From the human T2T-CHM13v2.0 reference genome, Homo sapiens: a stretch of DNA of 64,000 bases. Of this stretch, positions 1-14,098 are shown one piece after another. The stretch lies in assembly GCF_009914755.1 (NCBI RefSeq), contig NC_060925.1; one strand, 5' to 3'. The notes beneath the pieces are model-generated. The model saw nothing but the letters and a program-made list of their open reading frames with translations, searched no databases and was not told the origin of the DNA. Position 1 is the stretch's first letter, and each line of letters opens with the position of its first letter. Position numbers and translations under genes: made by a program.

Positions 1-1792
1 TGGAGTGCTACAATAACAAATTCTTGAAAATGTGGAAGCAATTTTGGAACTGGGTAATAGCAGGGCAGGAACAGTTTTGAAGTGCATGCTGCAAATCACC
101 TAGATTGCCAGGAATGGAAAGTAAAAAGCAATTCTGGTCAAGGCTCAGAAGAGAAAACTATAGAGAGATTCTTGGTCTTCTTAGAGATTATCTAAGTAGC
201 CATGATCAGCAGTCTAGTGAGGTCTTAGATGGAAATAAGGCAATTCTGATGAGTTCTTAGATGGAAATAAGAAATATCTTCTTGGAAACAGGAGGAAAGG
301 TCATCCTGGTTACAAAGTGGTAAAGAACTTAGCTGAATTGTGTCTGTTTGCTTGTATGTTGTGGAAGGCAGACTTTCAGAGCAATCAATGAAGTGTATAT
401 TTGGTGGAAGAAATATCTAAGCAAAACGCTGAAGGTACTGCATGGCTTCTCTTAATTACTTACAGTAAAATTAAAAAGAGAGAGAAACAAATTAAAGGCA
501 TAATTTATTATTGAAAAGGAAGCAGACTTTAAGATTTGGAAATTCTCAGCCTGGCTGTGTAAAGAATAATAAAGCATATTTGTTAGAGAATACCAAAGTG
601 TGGCCAAGCAAGCGTTTGATAAAGACAATGGTATAGATAGAAGGAAGCAAGATTCTATCCAACAGGATAATGAAAGAATGACCCTGAAAGCATTTTGAAG
701 ATCATTGAGGCTGTTCCTCCTATCACTGGCTCAGAGTACCAGAAGCTTGAAGGAAGAACAATTTCAAGCGAGGGGCCAAGGATGTCCATGGGACGCCAGG
801 GTTCTCTGTCCAGGACTGCCTCAAGTTTCTGCTCCACACATTCTAACACAGCTCTCCTTAACTGCGCTACGCGGGGCTTGGGCCATCACTCCATAGGGCA
901 CAAGTGGAAACCTGGGTGGCATCCATATGGTGTTAACTCTGCAGATGCACACAGTACACAAGCTGTGGCAACATGGTTACTTCCACCTAGATTTCAAAGA
1001 ATGTTTCAGAGAGTCTCGGGAACCAGGAGGAGGAGTGTTATGGGGCAGAGCTGCTGCAGAGATTCCCTAATAGCTATGGAAATGCCAAGTGGAGCTGTGA
1101 AAGTGGGAACACTGCAAAGAGTCCATACCAAGACAATCCATACCAAGACAAAGAGTCCATACCAAGAGCTGTGAGACTGGAACCATGAGAGAGCCCTCAC
1201 TGGGCAATGTTTAATGGGGACATGAGGGCAGAATCACTCTTGAGACCTTAGATATGTAGAGCCATTAGCATGCAATGCCAGTCTCAGAGAACTTTAGGTG
1301 CCTGACAGCAATTGCTGATAGCTCTTGTGTGAACCACATCCCAGAAAGCCATAGGGTGGGGCTTTCCAGGGCCTTGGAGGTTCAACCTCCACAACAGTAT
1401 GTTTCAAAGTCAGAACAAGGAGTAGAAGATTACTTTTACCACTTTAATATTTAATATTGTTTGCCCTATTGAGTTTAGGGCTTACTTTGGAACTGTTACT
1501 ACTTTTTTCTTTCCTCCTACTTTCTTTTGAAATGTGAACGTCTATTTTCTGCCTTTCCACCATTGTATTTTGGAAGCACATAATTTGTTTTATCTTGCAT
1601 GTTCACAGCTAGAGAGCAATTTTCTTCAGATAAAGTTTAACTTGAGTCTATCCATATCTGATTTAGTTGAGACTCTAGACTTCAGACTCTTGAGTTGGTG
1701 CTGGAATGAGTTAAGACTGTTGGGGCTGTTGGGATAGAATAAATATATTTTGCATGTTAAAAGGATATGAATTTGTTGAGGACAGGGTGAAA
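1..1792 (+). mobile_element. MaLR (MST/MLT1A-type) internal sequence, degenerate; 5' LTR lies outside the window
   Basis: Starts with typical MaLR-int motif aaaatgtggaagcaattttggaactgggtaa; ends with gagttaagactgttggggctgttggga...gaggacagggtgaaa purine tract directly before an LTR. Confidence 0.8.
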
Positions 1793-2184
1793 TACTATGG
1801 GTAGATATAGTTTAAATGTGTCCCCTCAAATTTATGGTGAGCCTCAATCACCACTATAATGGTATTAAGAGGTGAGGCCTTTAGCAGGTGAAAAAGTGAT
1901 GAGGGCAGAGCCCTCATGGTTAGAATTATAAGCCCTTATAAAAGGGCTTGAGGGAGTGGGTTTTTCTCTTTTCTGCTTCTCTGCCATGTGAGGACACAGT
2001 GTTTTTTCCCTTTTGACTGTTTTACCCCTTCAGCCATGTAAGAAAGGCCCTCATCAGACACTCAATTCTAGTACATCAATCTTGAACTTCCCAGCCTTCA
2101 GAACTGCAAATAATAAATTTCTACTGTTTAGATTATTACCCAGTCTCAAGTATTTTATTATAGCAGCATGAATTGACTAAGATA
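1793..2184 (+). mobile_element. MaLR 3' LTR (MST/MLT1A-like)
   Basis: tactatgg...aatgtgtcccctcaaa start; cttgaacttcccagccttcagaactg, aataaatttct, ttattatagcagc...gactaagata end. Confidence 0.8.
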
Positions 2185-2497
2185 CCCATAGATAAGAGTG
2201 GGAGATTACTAAACATTATAGTTTCCCATTAAAATATTTGAAAATGATTTTGAAAATAATTTAATAAAAAAGAACTAACTCTCCTTTTAACATTTATCTT
2301 ATGTGTACAACTGAAAGTTTAGAGGGTGAAGAAGACATATTGCTCACAAAACTGTAAATTTTTACATATATTTAAAGAAGTTAAAGTGAAATAAAGAAGC
2401 TAAAAACTTTCCCAAGACTTAACATCTATCATTAAGGACAATATTTTAAATTACGTGTAATGGACTCTTCTCTATAGTTAGAAAATTGAATATTTGT

Positions 2498-2938
<441 letters not shown>

Positions 2939-5900
2939 CTACTTTGTCATTTTCACACACACTCATCATGTAGCTTTCCTGCTACTCTTTTATAGGTGGA
3001 TTCAAAGTTTTTTGTTTGTTCTCATATCTCAATATAATGTATTTATTGGTAGCAACATACATTGTTTCTACTAACTAACTTGGCATTGGATGAGATGGCA
3101 GCACTGTTAATATTTACAGTGACAGAGCTCTGGATATTTTTGGTTTAGAGCAATTTGGTTGAAATCAAGTTGACCAACAACAACAAAAAAAAATACATAT
3201 TTGAAATGACAATTAGAACATTACCCCCAAACTGTCTACTTTTAGATATTTAGTTTTGTTCAAATTCTCCTAAGTGTTGAACATCTAACTCCTTAATAGT
3301 ATCCAAAGCCATCTCTGCAATTAGAAATAATTAATTATAAATTTACAGTTTTAAAGTAAATAAAAAGGCTGAAACATTCATAAATACTTGCAACTCCACA
3401 TCTGGTTTGTTTACAAATGATGACTTAAGCCCAAGTTTTCTATAAATTAAAATACTCTCAACAAAATGGCATATAGCTCTATCATTCAGATTATTTCACT
3501 AGCTACTATGAATGTTGTACTATAATTTATTTTGAGATAAAAATATCTATTTTCCCTACTTATGAAGTAAATTGATATTCATAAAGATGTTATGATTCCT
3601 TATTAATAAACTAGGCATGAATTCAATGAGTTTGTTGCTGAGAAATAAAAACAGACACATAACTATTTCCATCACAATAATACTTTTAAACTGTTCATGT
3701 AGTCTAGGTTTAAAATTGAGGATGCCCAATGCTTTTTAAGAGGAATGATAGAGGGGATATTTTGTAACTAAAAACAGACAAATTTCTTCTTCCAAACATG
3801 AGGAAGTATTTTCTTAGAAAGAAATTCCTCTTACAGAAGCCAAAGGAACATTTTCATGTTTTCACCTGAAATACTTTTCCCATTTCTCTTGTGGAAATTC
3901 CATAGTTCTTGGAAAGTAAAGAAACGTCTTTAAACCATTGCTTATCTGAGCTTTTATATAATTCCTTTCCATTTTATTGGAAAATGAGTTTAACCTTCAG
4001 ACATTCCAATAATTTATCTATATTTTATGACCAGCTGCTTCAAGAAATGCGTAAGATTTATTCCAAGAGCTATGGTCAGTCACCAAGGCAGCACGTAGTA
4101 ATTGAGTATTAAGTGCATAGACATAGCTATTTTAGGCATCGGCTTCATAGTAGATAACTTATATTTTAGGATCAAGTAAAAATATTCTCTCTGACTTTAT
4201 ATTCCCATTTTTAATTTCTTAGGAAAATAACAATGTTATCAAAATGCATATGACTATATATTTAGTGAGATTGGTGGTAATTATGATGTGACTAAAAACA
4301 TCTTTCCTGAAACACTGGCTGTTTAATGTTGACAGCATTCCTGGTGGATTTTACAGTTAAGTCATTGTTTAATAAACATGTTTAAGAGGCTCAGCTAAAT
4401 AGGAGTAAACTAACTGCTCATGAATATATATTAACAGTTTTAATTCTTCTTCCAAATTACTTTCAGTCTTCCAATGAAAAATTACAAGAGTTTAAAAGTT
4501 AGTAAATTTTTTTTATAAAAACACGTAAGTCTTGTATTTTTCAACCTTTATTGGAAATCCAGGCTTTTGTTTTGAAGAAAGAAGCTTCAGCCCAGGCTGT
4601 GACCCCATTCGTGCATTAAGATGGCAATAGCAGGGCTCAGAAGCACATACTCACTGATTCCTTCTGGTCTCATTAATGGGTAAGGAATATGTATGTCATA
4701 AACTCAGTTGGGGTACATCAGCAACACTACATTAAGCAGCATATACAATTTGCACATTTATGGACTGATATGCTTAGCATTTATGAAGACTCATTTTTCT
4801 ATTGCCTGAAAAGAAACAATACTAATAGTGTGTGCAATTAAGAGCTCACAAGAATAATGGAAAAATTAGTGACCTGTAACCACTTTTAGTACAATGTGCT
4901 GCCATGAAAGTATAATGAATTTCTCTCTATTCTTTTTGCTGAGCATCAATACAGATAAATAATCTACAATACTTCATGAATAACCCAAGAGATGATGAAA
5001 GGATATTGGCCAAGTTACTCCCTAAATATGCAGATTTACTTCTCTGTACATCTGTCTATTACCTACTTACTCCTCTTGATAAGTCAATTCAATTCTAAAA
5101 ACATTTATTAACACTTTTCTTCTCTGATGAGTGATGTATAAATAAAAAGGAATTCTTTCTCTACAGTAATAATAAAGCATACTAAATAAAAGGGACACAT
5201 AAATGAAAAAGTTTAATAGTTCTATAGGGAAGTATAGTGTTAAGAAGCAAAATGAGTGATGAAAATAACATTTAAAGAATTCAAAGAAATATGCAATCAG
5301 AAAGTGACATAGAAAATGGAGAATCTTTACAATGGAGTAATAGCTTGTATTACACCAGTATATGGATAGGAAAGTGATATGTGTGTGTGAGAGAGAGATA
5401 GAGAGAACAGATGGCAAATGACTAAATGTAAGGAAGGTCAGGTTTCCTGGTCTCACTCTGCGGTTGCTTTATGTCCTAGTTTAGATGAATGAAAGTTTTT
5501 CAGAAACAAAAAAATAAGTAGATCTCATTACTCTAAGCAAAGGAGAAGAAAAAAACAGAAAGAATAAGTATTTTTGGGTTAGAGTAATACTTGGGTCAAT
5601 CTTCAAATCATAGGGAACAGTACAGACACCAACGTTCTCTTTTACAGTTTATGGAAAACATTCACCAAGAAAGTGTCAGCCTGGTAACAGTACAAGTTTT
5701 CTTGTCTCTACAAATACCATTACCCACTTAACTTCTTAGATCAAATACCTCTTTATTCTCCGAAGAAGACGCAGTTCTAAAGTAATCATAAAATTGTAAG
5801 GGCATACATTTTCAACTCCTAATTATTAGAACAAGTTCCATGGCCACAACTGGGCATTGTTTTATGTAGTGATTGCTTATGTTAATAAGTTAATTCTCTC

Positions 5901-5958
5901 CCATGGCTACCATTTCCTGTCCTGCATGCTCTGTGCACTTCCCTTGTTTTCACTTTAA

Positions 5959-6277
<319 letters not shown>

Positions 6278-7073
6278 CGTCAGTTTCATGATGCATGTAT
6301 TTTCTTTGGATTTATGAGTTCCCTCCTAGTTTTATATTCTTCTTTAATTAAGCAAAAATTGCTGTACTATTTTATTAATTAGTCTTGTGAGCTTTCTCAA
6401 GTTCTTTCATCTTTTGATTTTTCATATCTATAATCCTGGATCAATCTATTCAGTATCTCCATATCTACACACGCAGATACATGTGAGATTCAATTTCAAA
6501 TGGACCCTCAGTATCTGTATTTTTATTCTGTTTTTTGTTACCTCAGTTTTTTTTATACAAAGCTTACTTGATTTTAAATACCTTGCTATACCATTAGATC
6601 ATTTATTTCCAACAACTAACATTATCTCCTACAGCATACAGAACAGTGAAATCATCAGGTAGGAGAATCCTCAGCTTAATGACCTGAGACCTATAGTTAT
6701 CTATTAAATGCCTATTTTTACCTCTGTCCTTATTTATCAGGAATTGTGCTGCCTTCAATTATCTTTTATTCTAATTCCTTCTTCCTAGCTTTTTGCTTAT
6801 CTTGATCTATCAATTGTTTTCTATATTTTTAGAAGATTGTACTCTGAAAGCACCTTTTCTTCAACCTATTTATCTATTTATTTCTTTTCTATTTATTTTA
6901 GATACTACATTCACTACACAAGAGATTGAACTTTTTTCTGAAATGTCTACATAAACTTTTGAAAACTACATAATTCCCATGTGATGTATTAGCCAAAAGG
7001 GACCATAACTGAGATAGTAAAATGGTGATATTAACAAAGAAAACCAGAAATGTTAGAGAAAATGAGATACAAG

Positions 7074-7620
7074 TGATGGCAGCGGCAGCCCATCAGTGGC
7101 CGCGGCTGCAAAGATGTAGGCTGCAGCAGGGGAGGTGTGTCCAAGGCTGCATGGCCCATGGAGCCCATGGGCGTCCTGCCCCCTACCAAGTCAGAGAGGC
7201 AGGAGCCCCAGGCTCCCAGGCACAGCTGCAGCTGCCCATTTGTGGCACTGCACCCAAGCTTCCCTGCACTATCGGGAGCCCAGGAAGCCTGCCCTGCCCC
7301 CCACAGGCTCGGAAGTGCTCCCTCCTGCTCCCTGGCCTCCCCTGGCTCCAGGAGCCTGCTCCAGTGAGAAGCAAAGCTGTAGCCAAGTCCAGGTGCCATC
7401 ATGACCTGATCAAGTGTGCACATGCTCAGGGTGGCACTGACATGCCAGACCCCTGCTGTCTCAGCCCCCTCCAGACTTTGGGCACCAATGAGCAAGGGAG
7501 GAAGGATGGGGAAGAGGCTGAGGGCAGCTCGACAAGGGTCTGCAAGCACCCCTTGGCAAGAAAAGCCTGGGTGCCATGGGCGGCATGTTGATGGTGGGAG
7601 GCAGACAGGTTCCTGGGCAG
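7074..7620 (+). mobile_element. MER52 5' LTR, truncated after ~550 bp
   Basis: tgatggcagcggcagccc start; aligns with 14099-14598 up to agacaggttcctgggcag, then switches to L1. Confidence 0.85.
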
Positions 7621-9637
7621 TTGAGGAATTAATAGCCTACCAACCAAAAAAAAAAAAAAAAAAAAAAGCCCAGCACCAGAAGGATTCACAGTGGAAATCT
7701 ACCATAGGTACAAAGAGGAGCTGTACCATTCCTTCCAAAAGTGTTCCAAACAACAGAAAAAGAGGGACTCCTCCCTAACTCATTTTATGAGGCCAGCATC
7801 ATCCTGATACCAAAATCTGACATAGACACAAGAAATAAAGAAAATTTCAGGCCAATATCCCTGATGAACATCAGTGGGAAAATCCTCAATAAAATACTGG
7901 CAAACCAAATCCAGCAGCACATCCAAAAGCTTATCCACCATGATCAAGTGGGCTTCATCCCTGGGATGCAAGGCTGGTTTAACATACATGAATCAATAAA
8001 CATAATCCATCACATAAACAGAACCAATCACAAAAACCACATGATTATCTCAATAGATGTAGTAAAGTCCTTTGACAAAATTCAACAGCTGTGCATGCTA
8101 AAAACTTTCAGTAAATTAGGTATTGATGGGACATATCTCAAAATAGTAAGAGCTATCTATGACAAACCCACAGCCAATATCATACTCAATGGGCAAAAAC
8201 TGGAAGCATTCCCTTTGAAAACTGGCACAAGACAGGGATGTCCTCTCTCACCACTCCTATTCAACACAGTGTTGGAAGTTCTGGCCAGGGCAATCAGGCA
8301 GGAGAAGGAAATAAAGGGTATTCAATTAGGAAAAGAGGAAGTCAAATTGTCCCTGTTTGCAGATGACATGATTGTATATCTAGAAAACCCCATCGTCTCA
8401 GCCCAAAATCTCCTTAGGCTGATAAGCAACTTCAGCAAAGTCTCAGGATACAAAATCAATGTGCAAAAATCACAAGCATTCCTATACACTAATAATAGAC
8501 AGAGGGCCAAATCATGAGTGAACTCCCATTCAGAATTGCCACAAAAGAATAAAATATCTAGGAATCCAACTTACAAGGGTTGTGAAGGACCTCTTCAAGG
8601 AGAACTACAAACCACTCCTCAAGGAAATAAAAGATAGGACACAAAGAAATGGAAAAACATTTCATACTCATGTATAGGAAGAATCAATATTGTGAAAATG
8701 GCCATACTGCCCAAAGTAATTTATAGATTCAATGTTATTTATTTCTTGTAAACAAATTTACAAGAAAAAAAACAACCTCATCAAAAAGTGGGCAAAACAT
8801 ATGAACTTACACTTCTCAAAAGAAGACATTTAGGCAGACCACAAACATATGAAAAAAAGCTCATCATCACCGGTCATTAGAGAAATGCTAATTTTTGTAT
8901 TTTTAGTACAACAAACCACAATGAGATACCATCTCAGGCCAGTTAGAATGGTGATCATTAAAAAGTCAGGAAACAACAGATGCTGGAGAGGATGTGGAGA
9001 AATAGGAACGCTTTTACACTGTTGGTAGGAGTGTAAATTAGTTCAACCATTGTGCAAGACAGTGTGACAATTCCTCAAGGATCTAGAATTAGAAATACCA
9101 TTTGACCCAGTAATCTCATTACTGGGTATATACCCAAAGGATTATAAATCATTGTACTATAAAGACACATGCACATGCATGGTTGTTGCAGCACTATTCA
9201 CAATAGCAAAGACTTGGAACCAACCCAAATGCCCATCAATGATCAACTGGATAAAGAAAATGTGGCACATATACACCATGGAATACTATCCAGCCATAAA
9301 AAAAAAGATGATTTCATGTCCTTTTCAGGGACATGGATGAAGCTGGAAACCATCACTCAGCAAACTAACACAGAAACAGAAAACCAAACACCGAACGTTC
9401 TCACTCATATGTAGGAGTTGAACAATGAGAACACATGGACCCAGGGAGGGGAACATCACACAATGGGGCCTGTCAGGGGATGGGGGGCTTGGGGAGGGAT
9501 ACCATTAGGAGAAATACCTAATGTAGATGACAGGTTTATGGGTGCAGCAAACCATCATGGCACATGTATACTTATATAACAAACCTGCACGTTCTGCATA
9601 TGTATCCCAGAACTGAAAGTATAATAATAAAAATAAA
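7621..9637 (+). mobile_element. 5'-truncated L1 (L1PA7-like 3' UTR), ORF2 fragment with ~690-bp internal deletion
   Basis: RT-domain translation 7741-8517 ([27 protein letters not shown]); C-terminal ORF2 remnants; 3' UTR gaaatacctaatgtagatgac and A-rich tail; no TSD found. Confidence 0.95.
7741..8517 (+). pseudogene. L1 ORF2 reverse-transcriptase fragment (258-aa open stretch)
   Basis: FADD catalytic motif present, but no endonuclease domain, and frameshifts on both sides. Confidence 0.93.
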
Positions 9638-10339
9638 GTGAATATCCAAGGTATAGGTATATTTAAAATGCCTTTAGGTCTTTTTCCCTTCATGGATCTT
9701 GTTGTTCTGAAAGAAGGGTTTTGTTTTATTCTCAGTCAACTGAATTACTTTTTTCTATTTTTGTCGCCACTCTTAATGCACACGTGAGGGGCCCTAAGGT
9801 AACTTCTGATGGCCTGGGACTACTTGGAAAAACAGAGGAGGCATCAGTGACCTTGTTTTGGGAGAAAACTCCTCTTTTCCTCATGGAACATCAGTAATCA
9901 GAGGCAGATTGTTCCCTCTCAAAATCTGTTTTTGTCTTTCAGCTATGCCTGTTGATTAGGCTCTAGAAACTGCATGTTTTCCTAGCCCTGTTTCTTGAAG
10001 GGCTCCACTCTGAGGCCAGTAATCCAATTTGGAGATTGGCAAATGAAAAATCTTACAACTAGTGGATCTTCTTCTGTCTATGTTATGTGTTTGATGTTTA
10101 TATGAAATATATATCTAATTGATTAGCTTAAAGAAAAATAAGCACTTAGATAAAATATTTTAAAAAAATAAAGCTATAATGCCCCTTAGTTGATGTGACT
10201 TTAATCTTTGAGAAATAAAAACAGTTTTAAAAATTATTGGTAAAATAATAATGTCTTCAAAATATAGACATGTGGTCTAAATTATGCAGTTCACAAACTA
10301 GGTTCTAAATGCTTTAAGGTCATAAACTGCTTCTTTGGC

Positions 10340-10640
10340 TTTTTTTTTTTTTTTTAATTAAGACAAAGTGTTGCTCTGTCACCCAGGCGGTAGTACAGCA
10401 GCACAATCTTGACTCACTGCAACCTCCCCTGCCTGGGTTCAAGAGAGTCTCATGCCTCAGCCTCCTGAGTAGATGGGACTACAGGAGTGCACAACCTTGC
10501 CCGGCTAATTTTTGTGTTTTTACTAGAGATGGGGTTTCACCATGTTGGCCAGGCTGGTTTTGAACTCCTGACCTCAGGTGATCCACCCACCTCGGTCTCC
10601 CAAAGTTCTGGGATTACAGGCGTGAGCCATAATTCTGGCC
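10340..10640 (-). mobile_element. Alu, AluSx-like
   Basis: Antisense Alu; TSD ttctttggctttt at 10331-10343 and 10641-10653. Confidence 0.95.
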
Positions 10641-12337
10641 TTCTTTGGCTTTTGAAAATTGTTTAACTAACCTTCTTAACAATTTGTCAAGGCCTGGGGA
10701 CATACAAAGGCAACCACCCCCTAACTATGCTGGAAAGAGTCAGACCTTATCTGCACCTAGTACCTAATTAAAATATCTTACCAGGTTTTACGCCAAATTA
10801 AAATTTGCTAAGAGTTACCATTATAATATGTAACTGAGACCAATGAAAACAGATTTACATGCATGGTGTGTAAAAAAAGTAAAAATTTTTTAGTAAAAGT
10901 TTATAGGGCAGCATGGGGATGTATATTTTTGCCTAGTTTAGAGGGTTAAATGATTGTTTTAAATTAGTAATAATAAAGTTAAAAGTTTTAAGTTGTGGAA
11001 GGTTTGTAAAAGTTAATCCTGTAAAAGCAATTCTTGTGTGAACATATTGAGTAAATTCAAAAGGAAATTATTTGGTTTTTCTGTAAATTACACATTGGGA
11101 AAAAAGCACAAGAAGAATTTCTTCAGGTACTGACCTGCTTCGTAACAAATATTTTCAAAGGGTTATGTAAGTTTTATGAAAATCTCACCTCATGGTCAAA
11201 CTGGTTAAGATCGGATAGATTTGTCTATAAGGTTTTATTAAAATAAATTTGGCTTGACATCAATAATAGACTAATGTAAAGGAAATTTGGCTCTCCTCTC
11301 AAACAAGATTTTCATGTAATGTTAAAAGACAATGAAAGATTTTTGTTAACCTTGTGAATAAACTGCTGAAAAAAGAAGGAAAAGACAAGAGACAGATAAT
11401 TTGGAAAGCTAAGTCTTTCTGCTTAAAGAGTAAAGTTTTTTGCTTTTTTAAAATTGCTTGAGTCATTATTTTGGTTAATAAATGACTTATCATAACCTGT
11501 AATTCTATTATATAATATCAAGTGTTTTAAACATTGAACATATTTGATAGTCTTTCCAAAATCAAATTACAGCTTTAAAATTGTCTTTTAAAACCCCTAG
11601 CTTTTGGAAACTACAGAGGACCCTTGGAGTATCCAAAAGAGAAGTAAACAGGATTATTTTACATGTTTAGTCACATGGGTTTGCCAAAATAAAAATAACA
11701 GTCTTTTTCAGGTTATATTTTAGTAAATAATATTAATATATGTTCCAAATTTGTATGGGATTTTTAAAATTCTAATGTCTGAGTATATGCTATCAATTAT
11801 ATTAACTTATTGTACGTCACAGACATAACCAAATTTCTTTGTCAATTGTGTTTTTGAAGTGACTACTCAAAGATATTTTGTCATTCACAATTGTCTTCTT
11901 TTGATCCTCTTGAAAAGATGGTATATATTAATCTATAGAACTTTGACAAGTGCTCTTAAATGCAGGTTTCTGATATCTTGGGCAATTTTGACATTCGAAT
12001 AAAGGAAAAATGTTCAGGACTCATGAAGAGCAGAAATGTTCATGAATATCAAGCAGAATAAGAGTTAACTGAATGGACTGAACTAATAGAAAACTGAAGT
12101 AATCTTTTCTAATATTTTGCTTAAAACATGGCTGATCTTTTTTGTTAAAGTCAGGAAAACTTTTATTTTGAGCTATTTATAGCTTTTGACAATTGAGTAA
12201 GGTATACCTTTGTGAACAAAATTTGGAGCATATTTGTTTCTCTGCCTGGTTTCTTCAGAATTTGGAAACTATATGTGAATATTCTTAACTATGGCAACAT
12301 AGTTATTTGCATAAGTGTAATAAGAATCCATTTTCTG

Positions 12338-12718
<381 letters not shown>

Positions 12719-13302
12719 TTAAGGTATCAAGCTTAACTTGCAGAACCAATAAAAGGTCCTTGGGAAAACTGGCCCCATAGCCTGTGTACACCATTCCCAT
12801 ACCCCACCTGGTCCCTAACCTTTGGTCTGTAAAGAATGTCACTTTCTAACAGGCCCTGGAACCCCAAGTTATCTTGGGACTTTGAGAAGAGAGGAATTTA
12901 TTCAACTCATAGGTATTTGAGGGGAAAAACTCATTGTAGGGCTAGGCTTTAAAAGGTCTTATCTGAGGTTCCTTTAAGAACAGAGTTCCATCAGAGCCAA
13001 TTTAAAAAGCCTATATAAAATAATTATTCTTGTTTCACTTTACACAAATAATCAGGCTAAACGTAAGACTAAAATTTAATATTCTGCAAACAAGTCAGTC
13101 TTATCATGATTTGTTTTTAACAAACATGAGGACTGGAGAGAGAAAAATTATACTTCAAAACTTATTGCGCACTTGCCATTAAATTCTAATCTCAAAGTAT
13201 TTGTCTGCATTTTAGACTAACCCTGCTCATTTCTATGAACCAACCAGTGATCTCTGGTTGCAGCTCAGAAAAAACAAAATGGAAGGGTAATGTAAAACTC
13301 TG

Positions 13303-13626
<324 letters not shown>

Positions 13627-14098
13627 TCAGTACTGTAGTTCTGGGCAATTATCCTGCAAATCCTGCCAGGTGATAGGGGTAAATAGGGTGCCTATACTCG
13701 AAGGTTTCTTTTTTGAGAAAATAAGAACAAGAGAGCTTACCAAAACCAACCCCCTTGCACCCAAGTCTTAGCAGGCATAACTATAGCCACCAGTTATCTG
13801 GGCATGTCAGCAGCCTCAAGATTTTTGAGCTGTCCTTACCCCCTTGTTTCATTTTGATATATGTGTTCTAATAACCCAGTTTGTCTCTTCTTGCCTTCGG
13901 GCCATCAAACTCCAAATCATCATGCAAATCCAGCTTCAGACAATAGCTCCCTTTCACTGAGAACCCTTAGATAGGCCTCTGAGAGAAGATCTGACTGCTG
14001 CTTTCACCAAGACAATGTCACCTGTCAGCATGAAGCAATTAAGACAGTCATCATCCCTATTCTAACGGCAGTTAGATGTACCTCTTCAGAGTGGAGAT

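Noticed and set aside
695-1174. 159-aa ORF
   Set aside because: Inside degenerate MaLR internal sequence with no recognisable protein motif
7022-7778. Cluster of overlapping 70-190 aa ORFs (also 14153-15608)
   Set aside because: They lie in GC-rich MER52 LTRs where stop codons are rare; there is no recognisable domain and they occur on both strands
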